From Octopus sinensis (taxonomy: Eukaryota): 64,000 nucleotides of DNA. Each line of letters opens with the position of its first letter. Position 1 is the first letter of the stretch. Of the stretch, positions 23,869 to 37,994 are shown piece by piece. The stretch is taken from the NCBI RefSeq assembly GCF_006345805.1, contig NC_043016.1:18414001-18478000 (forward strand), read 5' to 3'. The translations under genes and the position numbers were made by a program. The notes under the pieces were generated by a model, which did not search any database, was not told the DNA's origin, and worked only from the letters and a program-made list of their open reading frames with translations.

Positions 23869-26856
23869 CTCTGTCGGTAATATCGGCGCCCTAACTGCGG
23901 TACTTTGTCATGCATGCTTTCGGGTTCGATAAAGTCGAGCTGTTTGAGATTTGAACGTGATGTAAAAAGCTGTAATTGAATCTCAGAGAATGTATTTTGT
24001 TCAACGTCCTCATGATTCTACCGATGCACCGTTCTTTTGCATTTAAAGCTATGGCTGGCTGTATAGATAGATAAACAGATGGAAAATTTTCTTCGTGTGT
24101 GTGTGTGTGTATGTGCAGAAGAAACAATGATGTGTAAGTACGTTTGTACGCATATGCAAATTTTGCGTACGTGAGGAAAATTTTTTCAGATATCTGATAG
24201 CATTCGACCTTAGATAAAATTTTTTGGTGTTATAATATATATATATATATTATATGTATATATACATACACATACATACATACATATATATAGATTACCT
24301 TTTTTTTACCTGGTCTCAGTATAAACTACCTGTTGAACGATTCAGGTGAAGAAGTTTTATAAATCTAAACCTCTAGATCTCGAATTTGATTACTTTTTTT
24401 TTTTTTTTTTTTTTTGACAGTTTGATTAATAACCATAACACGAACATTTTCTAAATTCTTGAAACTTTCTGTAAACATCACAGGAAGTTATGAGCTTAGA
24501 AATCAAAACATCATTTATTATTTCTATGATAATTCAATCGATGTTTTAACTTTTCGTATAACTGTACTATCTCCATTTAATCTTTCTGTCTGTTTCTTCG
24601 TCTCTGTATCTTTATCTATCTATATAGCTAGCTATCTCTATCTTCACTTCTATTTCTTGTAGGCTACGACAATGGTCTTCTATCTTTTACTCTTCAAACT
24701 TGAAACTCCTTTATCTTTTGATCAACAGACATCGATCAAAAATCACATATTGTATTTAACGTTAATTTTTAGATTATGTGTACATTTGCACGTACATGCA
24801 TCTCTGTGGTGGATATGGAAAACTTCTATTACGAAGAAATAAATATATTTCATCATCGATGCCAGTTCCTGGTGAGCAGAGTCTATCACCTGCCATCGTT
24901 TCCCCGAGAAAGCTATTTAATTTTTTTTTATCCCTACCATTCAAGTAAAAGGCATGAACATCTCATAATCAAATTTCTTCTGTCAATGATTGGACTTGAG
25001 AGCGTGTAAGAAATGAGCTCTTTCTGTCTCTACCTGTCTCTCGCAAACATTCACGTATATTTATAGACGAGAGATGTCATTTAACCAACAAACAACCATG
25101 TGTGTATGTAATTGCAAATATAAGTGCGGAAGCAGGTAAGAGCAGTAGTAGTAGTAGTAGAGCAAATTATGTTTTATCTTTTTTGTGTAAGCACTCGACA
25201 ACATCTGTAATGACACTGTATTCTGTGTCAAAGTTCACTAAAGTGTGGGGTCGGTGGGCTGACGACTGAAGCTAAAAAAAGTACGAACTGCTCCCAATTT
25301 GATTTCCTTCATGGAGGTTCTTTAGGGTCACATATTTTTGATTATTATAGGGTTGTAATTGGGTACTATGTATGAACGATAAACAACAAGAATGAAGAGA
25401 GGGTGGTGAATATGTACGTGAGTGGGAGTGAGAATGGGGGGGGGGTAAATAATAGGGAGGTGGTATGAAAGGCGAGCTTGTAATGTAAGAGTGGAAGTAA
25501 AATAGAAAAAATAACGGGAAAGGAAGATGGTGAATGATAAGATGGAAAGAATGAGAAAGTAACAAAAGGAAGAATGAAATATCAGTGAAGGTCGGAGATA
25601 ATGATTATAAAAGCTGGAAGAGCAATGCGAAAGGAAATGTGTGTTGAACGAAGAAGTCCATGAATGAGAAGAGGGGGGGGGGAAATAGATCCCTTAATAA
25701 CGAAACACAAGAAAGCACTAGGTGGTTGCTTGTGTCTGCGCTAGAAGGGTCTCGTCTATAAACCAGAAGATTTTACTCATTGTATAGTGATGCATCGGAG
25801 CGATGCATTTGGCCCGCAGATGAGCCGCAAATTTTTTGAGTAGTGTGAAAATATTAGGATATTTACAAAACTTTAGTGTTTTTAATGCACTGCACCAGTT
25901 GTACGTGTGTGTAGTCCTTTGTAGTAAAGTGCATTCGATGTGCCACTCCGTTTTAAAAACCATCTTAATTTGTGCTCCGATATAAAACTTCCGAAAATTT
26001 AAAGGTGTATCATAATGTTCGTTCTTTGTTTGGAGAAATAATATGTTAGGTATAGAAAATATTGGAGACTGTTTTTTTTTTACATTTCTTTTAAAAATTG
26101 TGAAAAATCTGACGTTGATGGCTCTTTCTGTATGTCCTTAACGATTATGACTGCATATAAATTTTCAGGATTTCAATTACATTTGCATTTGGAATGATTT
26201 AACATATTAAAGTTTACAATAAATGAAGTGTTTGCTAAAAGGAAAAATGAACATATTTTATGCATTTTGACGCAACTAATTCAGATGTGACAGACGCAAA
26301 GAAAAAAAAAAGATACTAGCCGAAGCACTAGTTTTTCAAACCACTGACGATGCTTTCAAAGACATCATTGCTCCTAAACTCTAAGCCGCAGACAGCGGAG
26401 GCTTTGTACCATTACTCCGTAGAAATTTGCAGTGCGGGATATATTGCGTGTTTATGATTATACTTGATTAGAAGAAAAGTTCTAACCACTTTAACTGTCA
26501 TTATATTCTGTTATTATTTCAAATTCGCCAAATAACTAGTTCAGCGAAGTCTTACTTTTCTGTTTCTTTTTAAGAAGTTCCCAGTTTCAAACTCCCAGGA
26601 AATATTCTGTACTTTTGTGCACCTCTGAAAGTTATAAAACTACTTGCAAACAGGATCAAACGCATTCCAGCCACCCAAATTTACTTTATTAGATGTAAAA
26701 GAAAAAAAATTAAATAAACACGTTAGTATTTGTGCTCTTCCTTTTAAAAGAGCATCTCGTGATTTGAGATTTAGCTGCCATGACAAGAACTCCTTCGTTT
26801 GCTCATGTTTCCGAGGTCATCAGTCAGTTAAATCAATGGCATTATTTACCGAATTT

Positions 26857-27007
26857 GTTCGTTTGTCTTTATGTTCTGATTTCAAATTACGTCGAGGTCG
26901 ACTTTGCTTTTCATCCTCTCGGGGTCGATGAATTAAGAATTAATTACTGGGGTCGATGTAATCAACTTAGCCCCGAAATTTCAGGCCTTGTGCCTATATT
27001 AGGAAGG
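26857..27007 (+). mobile_element. SINE family A2, 5' truncated
   Basis: 16-bp TSD attatttaccgaattt at 26841-26856 and 27008-27023. Confidence 0.88.
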
Positions 27008-28191
27008 ATTATTTACCGAATTTTTAACAACCAATTCCACTTCAATGATGGTAATAAGCAAGAGACGGTGGTCACGAAAGCCATTCCGAAATTTATTCAT
27101 TGATTGCTATAAATTACTTGTAAAGGCCAACCATCGGTAGTAACGTTCGATTACTTCTGGGCCTGCTCAGACTTTACATATAAAGAAGAATTCGTGAGCG
27201 AGAAAGAAAACATAAAAGTACAAATCGTATACAAAAACTTAGAGATAAATTTTCTCTCTTTTCATTTATACCATTATTTATTTCCTCTTATTCTTCCTCA
27301 AATTATTTTTATAACAGTATCTGGTAAGATAGACCCTACACTTTATTTATATACCGTATTTAAAGTGTATAAGGAACCTTTTTTTTTTTTTTTGCCAAAA
27401 CTTAAGTTTAAAAAATATGGGAGTTTCTTATTCATGGATAATATTATAATCCCTTACAAAACCTTTTTCCAAATTTTAAGCCCAACAGATTAGGGGGTTC
27501 CTTAAACACGTTTTATACACGTTGAAATACGGTAGTTATTTATTAACAAACAACCAACCGCAATGGACACTAAGAAAGAAAGTTCAGAGTCAAAATTATC
27601 ATTATATTTTTCTTTTTACGGTAGTATCTAATAAGCTAGACCCTTCCACCTTTTTTTAATTATTTTTTTTGTAATTATTTCTGGACAACCAACCGCAAAG
27701 TACATTGGGAAAGTACAAAGAGACGAAATTATTATGTTGTTGTTATTATTAATATTATTATTTTTTTTTTAAGAAAATACTTGTGTGGACATTGTTTTCT
27801 GTTTCATCCTTAAATACCAAGCATTCGTATCTTCATTAGATCATTTCAGAACTTGAAAGGAATCTGTTACACTGACATTCCAACAATATAATACAAACTC
27901 GATCAACAACATCCTGTTATTATAAACACTATCCCCCCCGATTTATCTATTTGACGCTTTTCGTTTTCTGTTTTATTCTTTTTTTTCATTTCTGAAATTA
28001 AAGCTACCTTAAATCCCTGCTTAGTATTCGAGGAATTCTCGTAAATATTTCAGTTTATTTGATACGACTGATATAATATATTATATGTAGTTAAAAAAAT
28101 CACACTTTTGTTGCTCGGTATAGTGTTTCCGTTTCTTCAAGGCAATAAAAGACGGGACAGCGGAACAAGAAATGATAGTGCCATATGAGAT

Positions 28192-28650
28192 GATAGATAG
28201 ATAGAGATAGATAGATATAGAGATAGACAGATAGAGATAGACAGATAGGTATAGAGATAGATAGATATAGAGATAGATAGATATAGAGATAGAGATAGAT
28301 AGATATAGAGATAGATAGATATAGAGATAGACAGATAGATATAGACAGATAGATATAGACAGATAGATATAGACAGATAGATATAGACAGATAGATATAG
28401 ACAGATAGACAGATAGATATAGACAGATAGACAGATAGATAGATAGATAGATATAGACAGATAGATAGATAGATAGATATAGACAGATAGATAGATAGAT
28501 AGATATAGACAGATAGATAGATAGATAGATAGATATAGACAGATAGATAGATAGATAGATATAGACAGATAGAGATAGATAGAAATAGAGATAGATAGAA
28601 ATATAGATAGATAGAAATATAGATAGATAGAAATATAGATAGATAGATAT
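28192..28650. repeat. GATA/GACA compound micro/minisatellite
   Basis: Direct reading. Confidence 0.95.
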
Positions 28651-29380
28651 GGGAGAGAGGCTGTTTATAACTATATATGTATATTTTGTACGTAATATTA
28701 TAGAATTAAACGTTCAATAAAGACAGATTAAATGGATGCTTATGCAGTCTCTCTCTCTTTCTCTACAATCACATAAACAGAGAGTGAACAAAAAAAAAAA
28801 CATAATAGACTTCACTGAAAGCGGCATTGTCAAAATAACAGGATGACTGTTCTGTGCAGGACAATACGAATAAAGACAATTACGGTGAACATGCTTTGCT
28901 GTATCTTTCCAGGCTCTTTACGTTCTGTGTTCAAATTCCGCCTAAGTCATTTTCGCTTTTTAAGGTCGGAAAATAAAGTACTAGTCAAGTACTGGAGATC
29001 GATGGCACCGACTAAACCTACATCGGCTAAACTTACTCTCGCTATTGAAGGCTTTATACTTAAATCAGAAACAATTAATATACAGCTAATACCAAATGCT
29101 AAAATATTACTCGAGCAATGAAATACACAACATAGATTGGCAATTAGCGAGCTAAGAATAATTGTTTGTCTGACTCGAACAGAAAACCGAGATGCTGAAG
29201 GAAGATATGGAAGCGTAATGATCCTGTTATCTTGAGTAACTTCCAAGAAACATTCCGGAATACTCATGTTAAGGAAGAAAAGATAGTAACAAAAGGGACA
29301 ACTGGATATGTTGCGAAACAGATTACTGTGAGCTACAGAATCTCATAGTGATTCAAGGTAATGAATCAATTAACTAAAAT

Positions 29381-29984
29381 ATTCTTTTCTACTCTAGGCA
29401 CAAGGCCCGAAATTTTGGGGGAGCGGAGCCAGTCGATTAGACCGACCCCAGTACGCAACTGGTGCTTAATTTTAACGACTCCGAAAGGATGAAAGGCAAA
29501 GTCGACCTCGGCAGAATTTGAACTCAGAACGTAAAGGCAAACGAAATACCTATTTCTATTTCTTTACTACCCACAAGGGCTAAACACAGAGAGGACAAAC
29601 AAGGACAGATAAAACGGATTAAGTTGATTACATCGACCCAGTGCATAACTGGTACCTATTTAATCGACCCCGAAAGGATGAAAGGCAAAGTCGACCCCGG
29701 CGGAATTTGAACTCAGAACATAAAGGCAAACGAAATACCTATTTCTATTTCTTTACTACCACCACAAGGGGCTAAACACAGAGAGGACAAACAAGGGCAG
29801 ATAAAACGGATTAAGTCGATTACATCGACCGCAGTGCGTAACTGTACTTTATTTATCGACCCCCCGAAAGGATGAAAAGCAAAGTCGACCTCGGCGGAAT
29901 TTGAACTCAGAACGTAGCGGCAGACGAAATACGGCTACGCATTTCGCCCGGCGTGCTAACGTTTCTGCCAGTTCGCCGCCGCCT
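29381..29984 (-). mobile_element. Head-to-tail trimer of SINE A (one head, three cores; the last with the A2 tail)
   Basis: Junction gaaatacctatttctatttctttact is repeated twice. Confidence 0.9.
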
Positions 29985-30466
29985 TAAGCGCACTAAAATA
30001 ATACAAACGATGTAACATTACCCAGAAGCCTTCTTCAGTTTAGTAAAAAGTTGAGCTTTCGCAAAAAACTTTCGGCTTTCATTTTACTACATAGAATTCC
30101 CGACATTCGCCTTATTTTGCTCATTCAAGCTAGCTTTCGCATTTATAAAAGCGAATGAAAAATATATATCCACGTTTGTTTTGTTACTTTTTCTAAACTA
30201 TTTTAATATTATATTTTATTATCCCCCCCCTACCTTTAACGGAACCCGTGAGGTACGTGAGCACGTGTGTTGTAGATGTTTGCTAATACAGATAACCTTT
30301 TAACCTGCAAATCTGAAGTATGCTCAGTGAGTTTACCGATCACTATGCAGCAGTGTTGTATCTATTATCGTAAATAGTAGTATTCTTTTGTGAATGTGCA
30401 TTCTATGTCACTTTCTGTACATGTAATCATGCCAACCACAGTTTTCTAATGAAGTTCTGCTTTATA

Positions 30467-30497
<31 letters not shown>

Positions 30498-30621
30498 AAA
30501 TATATCTCAGAGTTACACAAGACTGACTTTATGAATTAACTCTTCAATAACAAAATGCTTTATTGATGAACTGATTAAAAGAAAAAAAAACAACGTGGAG
30601 AGATTAAAGTACTGCAACTAC

Positions 30622-30653
<32 letters not shown>

Positions 30654-30831
30654 TTAATGTATGTATGTAGGTATGTATGTATGTATGTATGTATGTATGT
30701 ATGTATGTTATGTATGTATGTATGTAGTATGTATGTATGTATGTATGTATGTATGTATGTATGTATGTATTATGTATGTGTGTTTTTGTGTTTGTGGTGT
30801 GTGTTGTGTGTGTGTGTGTGGGTGTGTGTGT

Positions 30832-30879
<48 letters not shown>

Positions 30880-31195
30880 GTGTGTGTTGTGTGTAAGATG
30901 TATATGGTATGAGTGTATGTTTGTATGTGTGTATGTATGTGTTGTATGTATGTGTATGTATGTATGTGTATGTATGTTTGTATTGTATGTATGTGTATGT
31001 ATGTATGTGTATGTATGTATGTGTTGTATATATGTGTATGTATGTATGTGTAATGTATATATGTGTATGTATGTATATATATGTGTATGTATTATATTAT
31101 TGTATGTATGTATTATGTGTTATTATGTATAGATGTGTTGTATGTATATATATATATGTGGTGTGTGTGTGTTGTATGTATGTATGTATACATAC
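30622..31195. repeat. (TATG)n/(TG)n compound array
   Basis: Direct reading. Confidence 0.95.
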
Positions 31196-31199
31196 ATGT

Positions 31200-31580
31200 C
31201 CTCTCTCGCGGACATGCTCTTCAGCCCTGACGGACAAGCCCTCAGCAATAGGGTCAGCGCGACACTTACTATCTCCGCCGGCGATACAAAAGTATTGCAG
31301 ACGGTCAAGGGTTCTACTGATATCCTAAGTCTGCAGAATGACCCGAACACAATAAATAAGGGGGCAGATAAGAATAATATGCAGTTCAATGCCACAAAAT
31401 TTCAAGCTCTCCGCTTTCAGCCCACAAACTACAACTGAAGTACACGTGACCAGCTAACAATGTACTCCCAGAGTTTGTTGGTGCGCGACCTTGGAATTCA
31501 CATGAACAACGATGCAGCATTCTATGAGTGCATTGACTAGATTGACAACATTATGCATGCGGGTAGCAGGTTGGATCTTT
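31200..31580 (+). pseudogene. CR1-type reverse transcriptase fragment, inactivated
   Basis: ATLTISAGDTKV..LQND.N...ADKNNMQFNATKFQALR and VRDLGIHM; catalytic ADD motif degraded to AGD; stop codons present. Confidence 0.85.
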
Positions 31581-31655
31581 AGTGAAAGCTTATAACCACA
31601 TTCATTCATTCAATCAATTTATAGTCAGGATTAAACACTAACTTACTAAATATAT

Positions 31656-31712
<57 letters not shown>

Positions 31713-32146
31713 TTTATAATTAGGGTTCCGCAAAGATTTGCTTTAACCACATACCGAAGTTTAGAAATAGCAGTCAAAAAATCTTAGCTATTCCTTCTAC
31801 TTTAAAAGGGACGGCAAACGCGCTTCTTAACCACACAACTCTCTGATCTATCGTATATCTAGGTATCGTATATCGTAGATCTCTGATCTATCGTATATCT
31901 AGCAATGTTGGCACGAGAGAAGAGGTTGCCGAAGATTCGTATATTTTTAATTATTGTTAGAATTATTGTTAGAATCAGGTAAGCTTCTGCGAGGATAGAC
32001 TTTTGATCAAAGCATTGTTGTTGTGATCAAAGTTGTTTTTAAGGTTTTGCTATCAGAGATATAACTATTTAATGTCGTTTGTGTATGATATCAGAAATAT
32101 TTCGCTGTTATTACTAGCATGCCTCCCTCATTGGTATGTTTTAATT

Positions 32147-32570
32147 ACTCTCTTTTACTCTTTTACTTGTTTCAGTCATTTGACTGCGGCCATGCTGGAG
32201 CACCGCCTTTTTTAGTCGAGCAAATCGACCCCGGAACTTATTCTTTTGTAAGCTCAGTACTTATTCTATCAGTCTCTTTTGCTGAACCGCTAAGTGACGG
32301 GGACGTAAACACACCAGCATCGGTTGTCAAGCAATGCTAGGGGGACAAACACAGACACATACACATACATATATATATATATAATATATATATATTACAT
32401 ATATACGACACGGCTTCTTTCAGTTTCCGTCTACCAAATCCACTCACAAGGCATTGGTCGGCCCGGGGTTATAGCAGAAGACACTCGCCCAAGGTGCCAC
32501 ACAGTGGGACTGAACCCAGAACCATGTGGTTGGTTAGCAAGCTACTTACAACACAGCCACTCCTACGCCT
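32147..32570 (-). mobile_element. SINE family B, full length
   Basis: Matches consensus from head to tail. Confidence 0.93.
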
Positions 32571-33697
32571 TTTATATTTAAAAAAAAAAAAGAAAAAAAA
32601 AGCCAAGCTGTTTCAAACGTAGAGTCAAACGAACTGAACAGTTTTGAATGATGAAAATATATTCATATAAATATAGGCAATCGGATATACATAAAAAAAG
32701 AATAAAGCAATCTAAAAAAAAGTAAACCTGCAAATCTATCGATCATCAACCTCTACCTGACATTTATCAGTAAATTATACCAGTAAAAATATCGATATTA
32801 CCGCAGAATAAAAACATCAAAAAAAAAAAAAAAATTCAACACTAGTGTTTTTTTGTTTATTTTTAACTTTTAAATGTTTCCCTCAAATTAACATCAATTC
32901 TTGAAATTTATTTCTCTCCTACCCCTACCATATCCCTTCGCTTGTACTCTATAAGCAATATTTTCTAAAATTTGAGAAACGGCTTGCTAGAAACGTCGAT
33001 CTTAAATGTATTAATTTTTCAATTTTTAAGTAATTTTTAAAGTTCTGAATTTAAACACGTGATAATCGATATTTTCCCGATCAATAGGATAAATATCAGT
33101 ACAGAATATAATGTTGTTTATTCCAATCCAACCTTGATGTAGCAGAACTCTGTCCAAACTCATTCCAGCTGTCACCGTCCCATTGAAGGTTTTTTTTTTC
33201 TTCTTTTTCTGATTATTTTGTGTCTGACTACATTATTATTCAATGTGTCCATTTTTTTGTGTGTGTATTTGTTTTACGGTGATACCATGCTGAGAAATTT
33301 CGTTGCTATTTCTAGAAGGTTCAATGATACTAAGACACTCCCCCCCTTTTTTTTAAAGCTCTCGTATAGAGCATTACAATCGATTGATCTCTTTTTATAT
33401 CTAGTACAAAATAACAACAACAAAAAAGTATGGGGGCTGTGTTAATTGAATCAACATAATCATTTTGTTTGTTTTTGAAAATTTTCCTTTTGACTACCGA
33501 AACGTTTGTTAGAAAGGGAGCAAAAGAGAACGCGAGCAAACATTAGATAACGGGCAAAGAACCTGTCATTTGGATATTTTCGATCAAAGTTCGCTTCCAT
33601 CAAAAGCTGCATATTGCTGTGACTACTACTACTACTAATAATAATAATAACATTACGAGTCGAGACAGATATCGTCAGCTGACCGGTGTCTGCTACT

Positions 33698-33740
33698 CTA
33701 GGCCGACGAAGGACAATCATCCTGAAACACGTATCCCTAG
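33698..33740 (+). ncRNA. Minimal type I hammerhead-like motif, U4C variant
   Basis: ctagg-CCGACGA-agga(caatca)tcct-GAAA-cacgta-TC-cctag; one C-A mismatch in stem III. Confidence 0.55.
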
Positions 33741-34000
33741 ATGCAGCCCGGGCGGCTGGGGGTATTTGTCTCCCCTTCGTAAATGTATATAAGGACACAG
33801 GAAAAATGTGTCAAAGCCATCAGGAGGCGTCGATGCTTCCTAGGGCTAAACAGCGGTGGTGTACCCCCATATTGTCACGTTCGTGTTAGATTGACAGTAT
33901 ACAACCATTCTTTCGCCCCACCACCGTACAGGTCTCTACGAGAGGTTTAGAAATTTAATATTTCTAATAATAATATTATTATTATAATATTAATAATCCT

Positions 34001-34990
34001 TTTTACTAAAGGCACAAAGCTTCATATTTGGTGGAAGGCGTCTAGTCGGTTATATCGACCCCAGTGTTTCACTGGTACTTAATTTATCGACCACGAAAGG
34101 ATGAAAGGTAAAGTCGACCTCGGCGGAATTCGAACTGAGAACATAAAGACGGACGAAATACCGCTAAGCATTTTTTCCGGAACGCTAACGATTCAGCTAC
34201 CTCGCTGTCTTATTATTAATGATAATAATAATAATAATAATAATAATAGTAATAATTTTTCTATTATAGGCACACAGCCTGAAATTTGGGGGGGAGGGGA
34301 CAAGTCGATTACATTGACCCGACCCCCAGTACTCAACTGGTACTTATTTTATCGATCCCAAAGGATGAAAGGTAAAGTCGACCTCAGTGGGATTTGAACT
34401 CAGAACGTAGCGACAGACGAAGCACCGTTAAGCATTTCGCCCAGTGTGCTATCGATTCTGCCAGCTTGCCGCCTTAATCATAAAAATGGTTTCAAATTTT
34501 GCCACAAAGGCAGCCATTTTGGAAAGGGGGAAATGTCGATTACATCGCCCCCCTCCCCATCCTCAGTGTTTCACTGATCCAACTCTTTGCGTTCTAGTAC
34601 CTAATGCTCTGCTTCTTTACTTTATTTTAGCGACTCCTTAAACACGAAATGCATGGTTGACATTAGCAGGAATTGCATGCAAAACGTGAAGTGCTATTAG
34701 TTACTGATACTGGTTTCTGATTTAGATGCAAAGGCTAGCAATTTTTAGGGGAGAGGCTAACAGGTACATTCGATCCCACTAGATGATGGGATTGCTGAAA
34801 TATAATTACTAATTTTTTCCTTTCTTTTTTTTTTATTCTATATCTCAGAACATAAAGAATCGGGACAAATATCGCAAAACATTTTCTTCCCCGATGTCCT
34901 AACGACTCTACAGAGTCGCGGCCTTGAGCTGCAACGAATAATCATCTCAAATTTTGGCGTTAGGCCAGCATCGTTACAGGGAGGAAGTTA
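34001..34990 (-). mobile_element. Cluster of about four co-oriented SINE A2 copies of differing divergence, plus a further tail fragment
   Basis: Repeated ggcacaa/gccagcaattttgggg tails with gtcgacctc cores. Confidence 0.75.
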
Positions 34991-35009
34991 GCTAATATAT
35001 CGATAGGAA

Positions 35010-35307
35010 ATCTTTATATATAAAAGTGAGGTTGTGTGCTGTCTGTCCCCTACGATTTAGGTTCCTAACTTCTCCCACATTTTGCGGTGCAGTTTAACCA
35101 AAACCGGGTATCTTATAGTCGTGATTCATATCGAGCCCTTCTGGGTATTAGCGCGCGTCTCCGATGAGTCTACGATTTAAAAGAAAATTTACCATCATTT
35201 TTTTTCCATTTTTAATGCATTTTTTTACTATTTTTTGGCTATAACTCTTTAAAAATGCTTAGTTATTTCCCTTACAAACCCGAGCAACGCCGGGCGATAC
35301 TGCTAGT
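35010..35307 (-). mobile_element. Helitron2/Helentron-type non-autonomous element (HINE-like)
   Basis: actagcagtatcgcccggcgttgctcggg 5' hairpin and ttttatatataaagat end; inverted homologue at 36358. Confidence 0.55.
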
Positions 35308-35430
35308 ATGTAATAAAAAACATTAACGATTTGGCTAGATTGCACTTTTTCCAACCGGCTCACTCTGGTTATGCTGACGTATCACCCATAACGAATTTCG
35401 TAAATTAGTGAGTTATGAATTAATGATATA

Positions 35431-35852
35431 TCTCTTTTTACTCTTTACTCTTTTACTTGTTTCAGTCATTTTGAGTGCGGCCATGCTGGAGCACCGCCTT
35501 TAGTCGAGCAAATCGACCCCGGGACTTATTTTTTGTAAGCCCAGTGCTTATTCTATCGGTCTCTTTTGCCGAACCGCTAAGTGACGGGGACGTAAACACA
35601 CCAGCATCGGTTGTCAAGCAATGCTAGGGGGACAAACACAGACACACAAACACACACACACACACACACACATATACATATATATATATAATACGACAGC
35701 TTCTTTCAGTTCCGTCTACCAAATCCACTCACAAGGCATGGTCGGCCCGGGCTATAGCAGAAGACACATGCCAAGATGTCACGCAGTGGGACTGAACCCG
35801 GAACCATGTGGTTGGTTAGCAGCTACTTACCACACAGCCACTCCCTGCGCCT
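35431..35852 (-). mobile_element. SINE family B, full length
   Basis: Matches consensus. Confidence 0.93.
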
Positions 35853-35960
35853 ATATGAACAATTAAATTTATAAATAATAGCAAATAAAACATTTGCGAA
35901 TTGACAATTCTCCCAAAATGTGCGTGTGTGTGTGTGTGTATGCGCGCGCGCGCGTTTGTT

Positions 35961-35997
<37 letters not shown>

Positions 35998-36108
35998 AAG
36001 CACGCGCGTAAAGAGGGAAAGCAAAACACAAGCTAAAAAGTATGATGACCAGAAAATTGTTGGTTAATCCCCGGAGGGTACTGATCCACTAACAGTGACT
36101 GCTTCGTC

Positions 36109-36151
<43 letters not shown>

Positions 36152-36357
36152 CGGACGGAGATGTACTTGCATAGCAAGTGACCTGATCTGAGATCAGGTG
36201 TGCTGAAATAAAAATAATTACAGCGTGGAAGGTGTTTATAAGCCATTTAAAAGCACACAGAAACTGTTAAGATTCACTTCAACATTTAAATTTAATTTGC
36301 CAAAATATTTTCGTCGCTTTCAGACTGACAAAATTCTGTACTACATCTCTATATGTA

Positions 36358-36762
36358 ACTAGCAGTATCGCCCGGCGTTGCTCGGGTTTGTAAGGGAAAT
36401 AACTATATAAGCATTTTTAGAGAGTTATAGCCAAAAATAGCAAAAACATGCATTAAAAAATGGAAAAAAATTATGGTAAATTTTTTTTTAAATCGTTGAC
36501 TCATCGTAGACATTTTTAGAGAGTTACTTCCCTATATATAGCGAAAAAATGCATTAAAATGGAAAAAAATGATGGTAAATTTTTTTTTTAAATGGTAGAC
36601 TCATCGTAGACGCGCGCTAATAACCAAAGGGCTCGATATGAATCACGACTATAAGATACCCGGTTTTTGGTTAAACTGCAACCACAAAATGTGGGAGTAG
36701 TTAGGAATCTAAATCGTAGGAGACAGACAGCACACAACTTCACTTTTATATATAAAGAAGAT
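36358..36762 (+). mobile_element. HINE-like element with ~100-bp internal duplication
   Basis: Reverse-complement homologue of 35010-35307. Confidence 0.55.
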
Positions 36763-37185
36763 TTCTGTTAGCCCTTCCTTCCAACACTTTTTAGGTTGAT
36801 ATTATCATTTGAGAGGTGACTTGACTGCTACTTTTAGCAGCTTGAGTGTTCACATAAAGGCTCCCTTTGTCTCACGAACTTGAAAAAGCTAACAACAACC
36901 TTGCAAGTAGAAAAGCCTTTGTGATGAGGGAGCATATATATATATAATGCAAGCGTAGCTTGCTTGCATTTGCTGGCTGGCTTCGCTGGCTGGTTGGTTG
37001 GTTTGTCGGCTGGTTATAGCAGGCTGACTGACTGCTTAGCTGGTGCCGCATAGAATGCGACAGTGACAGAAAAGGTATTTCCTTTTTCTTTCATGAAGGT
37101 TCGGAACAACATTCAGTGCGACAGAATTGGATCGATAAACACATACGTACACACATACGTACACACCACACACACACACACACCA

Positions 37186-37230
<45 letters not shown>

Positions 37231-37317
37231 CATACATACATACATACATACATACATACATACATACATACATACATACATACACAACATACATACATAC
37301 ATACATACATACATACA

Positions 37318-37349
<32 letters not shown>

Positions 37350-37399
37350 CCACACCACCACACACACACAACACACACACACACCACACACACACACAC

Positions 37400-37481
<82 letters not shown>

Positions 37482-37994
37482 TAAAAATGGAGTTAACGCA
37501 GGTGTAATCAAATATATATATATATATATTATATATACACACACATACACATACAGCTCACCTGTGTAGCAAATAAATAAATAAATGAAACGGGATTAGG
37601 TAAGGAGAGAAACCTGTTGTGTCGTTACAGATAAATGTATGTGTTGTATGTGCGTGGTGTGGTGAGGGTTCGAATTATTCTGCCGGTTTGTTTTTTAACA
37701 TCTGTTTTAGGTAAAGAAAAAGAAAGTCAAAGAAATAATATAATATAAAAGAATATTTTTTTTTGTTGTCTTTTTGTACAAAAAAAAAAAAAATTAGACT
37801 CCCCCCCCGCCCGACCCTCCCCCCCCATAAAATGGAAAGCATTAAAAGCATTATCTATTGACTTTGTTGTCAAGTTGTGATATTTTCTAGGGGAAATGTG
37901 AGGATCCCGATATCGACTGGGAGGGAAAAAGCATAAAATAGGGACGAGCAAAAAGGGTTGGTTATGGAAAAGAAAAATAAGAAATTTAAGAATG

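Noticed and set aside
25718-25963. YPNIFTLLK resembling a hAT dimerisation domain
   Set aside because: The downstream ERSFS-type motif is missing and I found no TIRs.
31840-31902. 22-bp direct repeat with an 18-bp spacer (CRISPR-like spacing)
   Set aside because: Only two copies, in eukaryotic DNA; a small local duplication.
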